DNA of 64,000 nt. Origin: Rhodospirillales bacterium (GTDB lineage Bacteria; Pseudomonadota; Alphaproteobacteria; Bin95). The notes below the pieces were generated by a model. It was not told the origin of the DNA. It saw only the letters and a program-made list of their open reading frames with translations, and did not search any database. Positions within the stretch are counted from its first letter, which is position 1; each line of letters begins with the position of its first letter. This document shows, one piece after another, positions 56,505 through 64,000 of this stretch. The position numbers and the translations under genes are program-made. The stretch is from positions 736,001 to 800,000 of the forward strand of contig JAYQLI010000035.1 of the NCBI GenBank assembly GCA_038143065.1, written 5' to 3'.

Positions 56505-57546
56505 GTGATTATACATTAGTTGAGAAGTAACTGATCAAACAGTAGTTGAGGATTTTTAAACCTAATTTTAGTAAAACACTTTAGTTATGCATTTGGACCC
56601 ATCCCAAAAATAAAAAAGGCAACGGACACTCCGCACACGTTGGAACTTTTTTTGTCATAATGTGTCGGGGCGAGATCCAATGAAGAAAAAGTCGTATCAG
56701 AGGGTTAATTTTTTATCTTTTTCAAGTTTTTTCATACACCGCATGAGTCTTACTTCACTTATATCAGATGGATTGACACAGAGAATCCTATTATACTCAG
56801 AACGGTATAGTTATGTCCGCACCGCAAAGGCCCAAAGCCAGGTAATTTGTGGCGCACGCTTAAGCATTCAAAGCAACTTGAACAGCGTTAACCGCTTCAG
56901 AACCAAATTTCGCCACTAGACCTTTAACGCTTGGAAAACACCAGCAAACGCGCTACAACATTTCTGACCTACAGCTGTCGTACAAATCCCTCAGAGCTTG
57001 TCCCAATTGGTAATGATTACCTAAAAACTCCCAACAGGCGAACTTGATAAAGATTGATTAAGAAAAGTGAAACCAAACAATACACAAAGGGCCGAGTTGT
57101 GTTTCAGCTATAGAAGGCTTGTCAGCGAACAGCAAAAATAAGCCTATCGAAATTCGGTTGGCATGCAACCAGGATTGGAATGAATATGTTCAAACGCAGT
57201 GTCGTGAAGGTCAAATAATACTTGAGGCTGCGTAAGACGGGGTTTTGGATAACCCCTACCTCAGACTTCGGTAGCCCTAACTGAAAGGAGGCTAATCTTT
57301 CGCTGCCATTATGCCCTCAGATCGGCACTTAACTCCTTGTATTATCTCTTTGCAGAAGCGCGACGTCCCAACTCTAATATTTTTTGGAGCAGCAGATTAC
57401 ACTATTGTAATCCCTAATATACACCAAAAATTATAGACTTTTTCTATTCACACTATGGAAAACACTAAATATAAACCCAATTACGATGGTAAAGTAATAA
57501 TTCATATACATGTTATTTTTTTGACTATATACCATTAACTTACTAC

Positions 57547-60093
57547 TTATTTACTGCTTTTCCCAAATTCGACACCATATAGTTTTCTCTTACATCCTTA
57601 ACTGCAGATAGTTTGCGGCACCATTTTGTGAATTGTGGATAGCAAGATCTCTTAAATATCTAGGCTTTATCCCCCTAGTCTTCATAACCAGTTAACTTAA
57701 CAAATCCACCACCATACTCTTCCTTCTTCTTAAAAGCAGCAATTCCCAAGCGTACATCTGAAAGCGAAACAGGACCCCAGATCCAATACTGATAAATCTT
57801 TGCTTGTAAGCCCAATTTCAGCATTCAAAACTTTAACATTACTGCCTTTGATATGACTATTTTTTCTTCTTTGCGCCATACCCCTCTGTCACCAACCTGT
57901 TTTATCGAAACATTTTCTAGGAAATGCTTCACTTCCAGAAAATCTAAACGTCATTGACATTTTCAAAGACACTTCTTCTAATAGAACCGTTAGAAAAGTC
58001 GCTATCATTATGCGTCGCTATAAACATTTTTAAATGTTGAATTGCTTACAGTAAATGTTGACCTGAATGTGTTCAAAGTCTTCCGCTTTATTGGTAACAA
58101 ATGAGCAGTTCTCCAGCTCCACTTTTGTTTCGTAAAAAGTGACACTTGCAGTCAAGCTTGAATATTCAGGGTTTGGTGCACTTAACTGATGGAAGTTCAC
58201 GTTTCTAAAATATTACCAAAATTTTTACCCGAAATGTAACACCTCCACCAGAGAAATTTGATGATTGTAGTGATATGGGTTGATTTTGTACCAATAAATG
58301 AAATGGTGATCTGCTTATAATTGATGCGTGCCATTGATCAGGTTCACAACTAAACCTGCATTTCCAACACCACAAAACCCCTCAGGGATGAATAAATCTT
58401 TATCTAACTCGATATATGATGAAGAAAAAGTAATTCGTTTAAACTCCTCATCAACCAAAAAGCGTTGATCTCGCTTCAGCCTGTTCAGTGATGAACCCCA
58501 AAATTGAGGCAAATAATTTCCGTCGCTGTCAGAGATAGAAAAAATGGGCAATGTTCGTATTTTGCGGTTTCCCTTCACTCCCAGCGACACGGTAATCAAT
58601 GCTAAGATCAAGCTCGTGATCTCCTGTTCTAAACCTAGTCTCAAACATAGAAGTCGACCCTGGGGGAAGCATCTGCCACCAAAAATAGGCTCTTGGCGAG
58701 AATCATAGTTTGTTCCAACAAGCTCGATTGGCATGATCGACCAATTTTTGATTGTCATTTAACCTGCCCTCCATCAATTTGTTTACTTAATCCCAATAAA
58801 TGCATCTTACTATTAATAAAATTTTAATCTGCGCCTGACGCTGATATAAAACTCTTTAGGAAAATAGAATGGGTACTGCTTTAAATAATATACGCTCTTG
58901 ATGCTCAAACTGGTCGGATATTTCCTGAAAAACTCATCAAGATATTCTAAGTTACTTACACGGACAAGGCTTTCAACAAACCTCTTGTTAAATTATCATT
59001 CGTTAGAAGTTTCTTAAATAGAGGCAAATCTCTGCTCCCTCTAATATTTCCTTACTCAAGAAAATTCTGATTGAGGGGGACCATCTGAAACTCTTAAAGA
59101 GTTGTATTCTTGTAATCGGCTCAACAAGGTTAGAAACTGGGTTAAGGTATAGAAACGTGTTTCATTATTCAACCGCATGCCGGCTATCCATTAACTCTAA
59201 AAATTGCCAGATGCGATGCAAATTTCTTCACATCTAAAATATTCTCAATATCCAGGATACCGTCATTTTTCATTAAATCATGAAACGCAACCTCGATTAA
59301 TCTTGCCGTCGCCTCAGCAGGAGTTTTGTTGTATTTATTTATTTTCATTAAAAATTCCTAACATCACCGTCATTATTGACATTAAATATTATGCCTTCCT
59401 CTGTGCCCATTTCTTGCTCGATAAGCTCTTTCCAAAATGCTCCTCCAGCGCATAAATACCCCAACTCTCCCCGTTTACCTTGAGACTTACAAAAAAATAT
59501 TTAAGAGCTATCAGTCCTTCCCGTCTTTCCAGTTCATGGCCTACCCATTCCACCAAATTATGGCGTGCCTTTGGCGGGAAGTAGTTTGAATTCCGACATT
59601 CCAAGTATTTTTGATCTCTTCCTTACATTAACCTTAAACGCCCTTTTCTTGGCGTTACCAATCATGTCAAGATTCAGGCCAGTTGGAGAAATCTTACTTT
59701 GTAATTCTTACCATTAACCAACAGCTTGGCAGGAACTGAAATTTCTGTTCTTCCTACTAATTTGACCTTTATTCAGCGCAGCTTCTAGCTGCATTGAGTA
59801 ACCATATCTTCAAAATCTATATTATTTCAAATTATGCGTATCAACGCCAAAACTGGATACATAGTTTCTAAAAACCTTCAGTTTTTTGTTTTCGTGGCGT
59901 CGTAAATCACTTTGCGCCGACGCGGCAGTTTGGTTGCGCTGAAGATTGGCACCCAGTAAAATGCAGAAAAAGCCAAAACCCGCCAAGAAAAGACATAGAA
60001 AAAACCCAATCACGGTCTGTTTTGGAACAGATATCTCTACAAATTTTTAAAAAATTTCTCCAGTATATTCTTACTCGGCAAAACTACCTTCAT
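57547..60093 (-). CDS. Membrane-anchored CotH kinase-family protein with C-terminal beta-helix repeats (about 850 aa; many frameshifts)
   Basis: Fragments read by hand: N-terminal TM (IGFFLCLFLAGFGFFCILLG); LKVNGESWGIYALEEHFGK; DVKKFASHLAI..HAV..RFY.NPVSNLVEPI; LTASVTFYETKV; DSDFSNGSI; NAEIGLTSKDLS; AAFKKKEEYGGG; LYGVEFGKSSK* at 57547. Confidence 0.72.
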
Positions 60094-60096
60094 TTG

Positions 60097-60782
60097 CTAC
60101 ATTACCTTTCTCGTATCCAGGAAACGCACCTCAAGCGTAGGATCAAAATCAAGCAAACTATTTTGAAGATCGGTCAAGTGTGAGCTGCTAATAATGCTAG
60201 CAGTGAAAGAAATTTCGAAGACTCTGGCGTACTATCCAACCTCTTTAAGTCAGCAGATTCAGAATAACGAGAGAGAATTTCTGATTATCTGCTTCGGCTG
60301 CACCCGATCTGACCAGGCTTATTTATGGTTACAAACATTACATTTGAATCATGCGGATCACTAAACATTTGTTTGCGAAAAAATTAATGCCGACAACATA
60401 AACACAAAGCCAATTGACGTGATAATTATTTGGTTAGCGCCGTAGCCAACACCAACCATTATGCAAACAAACAAAATACCACCTCTGGTTCTTTTATCGC
60501 GGATCGAAAACGAACAATTGATAAAGCACCGACTAGGCCAAGTGATAACGCCAAAGATGACTTGACAATTGTTATAATCACCATTGTAGCCAAAGACTAA
60601 TGGAACGAAAATTTTGCCAAAAAGGCCCGATCAGAGAGCGATAAACCATATTTTTTGTAAATTTGTTGCAACAAAATAGCTGCAATAGATGTTAAAATTA
60701 AACCGATTAGAAATTCCAGAACTGAAACAGGTGTATTAGTAACAGCTAAGAACTTATTCATTAATTCATTGGTGACTTCCAT
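60097..60782 (-). CDS. DUF4956 family membrane protein (frameshifted)
   Basis: After the ORF 60597-60782 the minus strand reads ATMVIITIVKSSLALSLGLVGALSIVRFRSAIKEP, the DUF4956 signature; ends ..EVRFLDTRKVM*. Confidence 0.82.
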
Positions 60783-60858
60783 TTAATTACCCTTTTCAGT
60801 TCTTAACTAATAATAACGCCTAGGTATCAGTAAAAAATATGAACAATATAAGCTATTC

Positions 60859-61536
60859 TTAGTTGCTACTCCAATTTCGAAGATTATCAATGCCAAAGAC
60901 ATACTTTGAACTTTTTGTAACTCGACTTCTTTAAAGCTCTGAGAAATGCTTCAGCTTTCGAAAAAGCCTCTGGCGAATTTAATTTCAACAATAACCGAAC
61001 GCGAACGGAACGGTGACGGGTGACAGCCGCAGAGGATTGATGTCATAAAATTTAAGTTGGTATCGACCGTTAATCTGAATTCTGCATCCCTATTCAAGAA
61101 GTACTGCCTATCATAGGAATTAACTAACGTCGGCTCGAGAAGACCAACATCAACAAAATTCTTACCAAATTTTTCAACTACTTCTCTATTTTTGAAATTT
61201 ATTATATTTTTAGTTGTAATTTTTTTAGAAAAATCAAATAACACGGGCTCTATCTCATTTATCTTTCCAGCCCTAGCATTCCAGATTTATCTTAATCTCC
61301 AGGATGGGAGAATTAGAAATGTCTTTTAATCCGCCGTACCATCTTAATCTGACTTTTTCTGACTTTTTCACCCTCAACATTATCAGCAAACGAAGATAGA
61401 TCAAAAGTATCAAAATATATATTGTTAATTTGCCGCTTATGATGAATTGATCGAAGTGCATCAGGTGTGTTTTCACCCTGTATAAAACCTCATGAATATC
61501 AGTGTCATCTATAAAAATTTTAAGTTCATATCTCAT
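60859..61536 (-). CDS. VTC-domain (CYTH-like) polyphosphate polymerase-like protein (frameshifted)
   Basis: MRYELK, NIYFD, KVRLRWYG, LEIK, YDRQYF, RLTVD, VEIKF and a terminal SKY motif across fragments. Confidence 0.82.
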
Positions 61537-61769
61537 ATTAGTGCCCCTACCTCATCGATGAATTCAACAAAAATCCATCGAACACTCCGGGATTCATAGA
61601 GTTAATCAGGATCTATGGACTTACAAAAATATCAATCCAGTTAGCAAACACCATTACAATTTCATTTAGGCAAAATACTTTTTATGAACTAGTGAGGCAC
61701 CAAAACCTGTTTCTAATCATATGCTGTCAGCGGACAGACTTTTTCATACTTAAGGTATTTTTGTTTTAA

Positions 61770-62770
61770 CTATAGTTTAAACGCCCCTTTTGATGCCAGC
61801 GCCATGCGTCTGTTATGATTTTTTTTAAATCTGGATCGATGTGCAGACCAACCCAGTTCATTAAATGCGCGCATTGAGCCAGACACGAGCCTACTACAGT
61901 CCCCAGGCTGCCTTCTCAGCCACATTCACTGCTAGCTTGCGACCAGTAACACTCGATATGTTTTCTGTTACCTCTTTTTAACAGAGAACCCAGCTCCTGT
62001 CCCAAGATTAAATACGCCACATGTATTACCATTTTCCAACCATTTAAGACCCAAAATATGAGCATCAACTAAGTCACATACATGCACATAATCACGAATA
62101 CATGTTCCATCAGGGGTAATCATAGTCATCACCAAAAATTGTAAACTCGCCGCCTTTACCATCAACTGCAGCAAGTAAGTAGGGATTGGTGGAGTTTCTA
62201 TTGATGATATTCACAATTTCGAGCTTTCAGGGTCTGCCCCGCTACGATTGAAATACCTAAATATAACATAATTAAGATTAAATGATGCTCTAGTTCGCGA
62301 TAATGTTTTCGACAGCGAGCTTTGACGCTTCCCATAAGCATTTGTTGGATTTTGCAAACTGTTTTCGTCCAACAACACGTTGTCCTGCTCACCATACGTT
62401 GCACAAGTCGAAGAAAAGATAAAATTCCTTACACTCGTGTTCAACAGCTGACTGAATCAAATTCAATGAGCCCAAAACATTGTTTTTCCAATATTTGTCG
62501 GGAACGTGCATACTCTCATGAACTTGGCTAAGCGCAAAGTGCATGACCGCTACAGGCAAATATTTTTTAAATACATCATCTATTCGCTTTTTTTGTTTCG
62601 AAGATTCTACTAATTCGAAAGGGTCAGGAATTTCGCGGCCTCTTCCTTGCCGGTATATAAATTATCAACGGTGTCGCTTGGAACATAGCCTGCTATCTTC
62701 AAGCTCTTGCACGCATGTGAACCAATGCCATGCTGTACCTACCAGGTAACCAAGACTACTTTGCTGACTA
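61770..62770 (-). CDS. galE: UDP-glucose 4-epimerase (heavily error-ridden)
   Basis: [61 protein letters not shown] and IITDAWRW. Confidence 0.85.
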
Positions 62771-62774
62771 TACT

Positions 62775-63300
62775 ATCCCGCTCCAATTTTCGAGCTTGTG
62801 AATTTAATTTTTAACGCAAACGTTGCGGCCGCAAAAAGTCCAACAAGCACAAATAAAGCTGCTGGGAAGCCAAGCGCTGGGGTGCGCTCATACATAAACC
62901 GAACTAAAGCGCGAGAAGATAAAAGTTTCAGTGATATGCTTCACACCACTAACAAGGGCCACAACAGACCACACAAGGCCGCCCAAGAAACTTACACTGT
63001 AACAAGTGCATCGCCATCAGCCAATCTAATGATTTCGTAATTTGCGGACGCAATACTACTGAAAATCCCGTCATACAACAATTGACGTTCAATAAACAAA
63101 GGATAAACCAAAAATATCCAAATCAAAAATGAATTCAGAAAGTATAAATTCCGTTTATCCCAAGACTGTTGCATCGGTGGCATTTCATACTCACGAAGGG
63201 ATAAATATACGACGGAAATCAGTCCATAGTACAAGAATAGCAATAAGAAATACCGTCGCCCCGCTCCGATCTTTAGAAATGATAAATTATAACAAAGGTT
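62775..63300 (-). CDS. Fragments of an uncharacterised multi-pass membrane protein
   Basis: Hydrophobic ORF pieces (62992-63243; ..PALGFPAALFVLVGLFAAATFALKIKF..); may be the C-terminus of the gene at 63300-63891. Confidence 0.35.
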
Positions 63301-63891
63301 TAAGCGTGATATAAGTCATTGAAAAGAATAAAATGCCAGCAACTAAAAATATTAAGAACCAAAATCTCTTTAGTTCCGTGGGCATGCAGATAGACGTACA
63401 AAGGTAAAAACAAAAATGCTATGTGCGAAGGCTCATTGTAAACGCCGATACTCTTATCCCTGAGCAAGGGCGTACTGAATTTACATATGAAAAGTTTGCA
63501 AAGGCCTGGTATACTTAGCTCAAAACAACCGCAACTACAATTGAGAAAACGGATGCAAAAAAGAGCCCATTTTAATGATTTTAAATCGATTTTCCGAGAA
63601 ATAATAATCGCTACAACAACTAATAATAATTGCTTAAAATAATAAAAATTATTGTTGAAAGTCACAGAATTATCAAAATTTGAAAAAAATTGTCAGTAAT
63701 AAAAAAGAAATTACTAATATAAATGCAATATCTTGCACCTTCCATTTTGTGTTTGAATAATTATAAAAAAGTAGACCAATTAAAGGTAATTGCGACTTTC
63801 CTGCAGATAAAAATGCCGGGAATAAAAAAAATGAATAAATTGTTCTTTTAAAGAAATGTTTCACGATAATACTTTTCAATCTCGATAGCAT
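63300..63891 (-). CDS. Putative polysaccharide polymerase (Wzy/EpsG-like) fragments
   Basis: Very AT-rich, Phe/Ile/Leu-rich TM segments with GVYNEPSHIA, resembling the G.F.EPS loop of Wzy-like proteins; upstream of galE. Confidence 0.45.
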
Positions 63892-64000
63892 CCTATTGGT
63901 GAATATTTATTATTTTTTGTTATCCATTTTAATATTATCAATATAAAAATCCTCCCCAGTTTGAAACTAGGAATTGTTTTCCAAAAACTGATCTTACGAC

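Noticed and set aside
56520-57546. Mobile element or tRNA integration site at the island edge
   Set aside because: No transposase or integrase motifs, tRNA fold or flanking direct repeats could be identified by eye.

Overview
This is a 64-kb stretch of an alphaproteobacterial chromosome. Evidence for the taxonomy: class I LysRS, recA next to alaS with GAAC-N7-GTAC LexA boxes, alpha-type Zur, and a coaBC-dut-moeB order. The assembly is error-prone: many genes, including essential alaS and coaBC, carry 1-nt indels, mostly in homopolymers, and error density rises sharply after about 56.5 kb. Contents in order: (1) thiolase and NUDIX genes; (2) a Zur-controlled zinc island (zrgABC with an inverted zrgD-like gene, znuA, znuCB, zur, three Zur boxes); (3) lysS with PhyH and PaaI genes; (4) a coupled operon of an indolepyruvate-type oxidoreductase, a non-canonical succinate dehydrogenase/fumarate reductase-like complex and a two-subunit Fe-S hydratase whose substrate-binding motifs have diverged; (5) MFS, hydrolase and hydantoinase/oxoprolinase catabolic genes and ugd; (6) housekeeping genes (folE, alaS, recA, metY, coaBC, dut, moeB) and CoA-dependent catabolic genes; (7) the edge of an AT-rich surface-polysaccharide island with galE and a VTC polyphosphate-polymerase / DUF4956 / CotH kinase-beta-helix module. 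The two best candidates for an undescribed system are the divergent Sdh-like plus hydratase operon (15.9-20.7 kb) and the VTC-DUF4956-CotH module (57.5-61.5 kb). I saw no rRNA, tRNA, CRISPR array or transposase. All family calls come from motif recognition by eye, with no database search.
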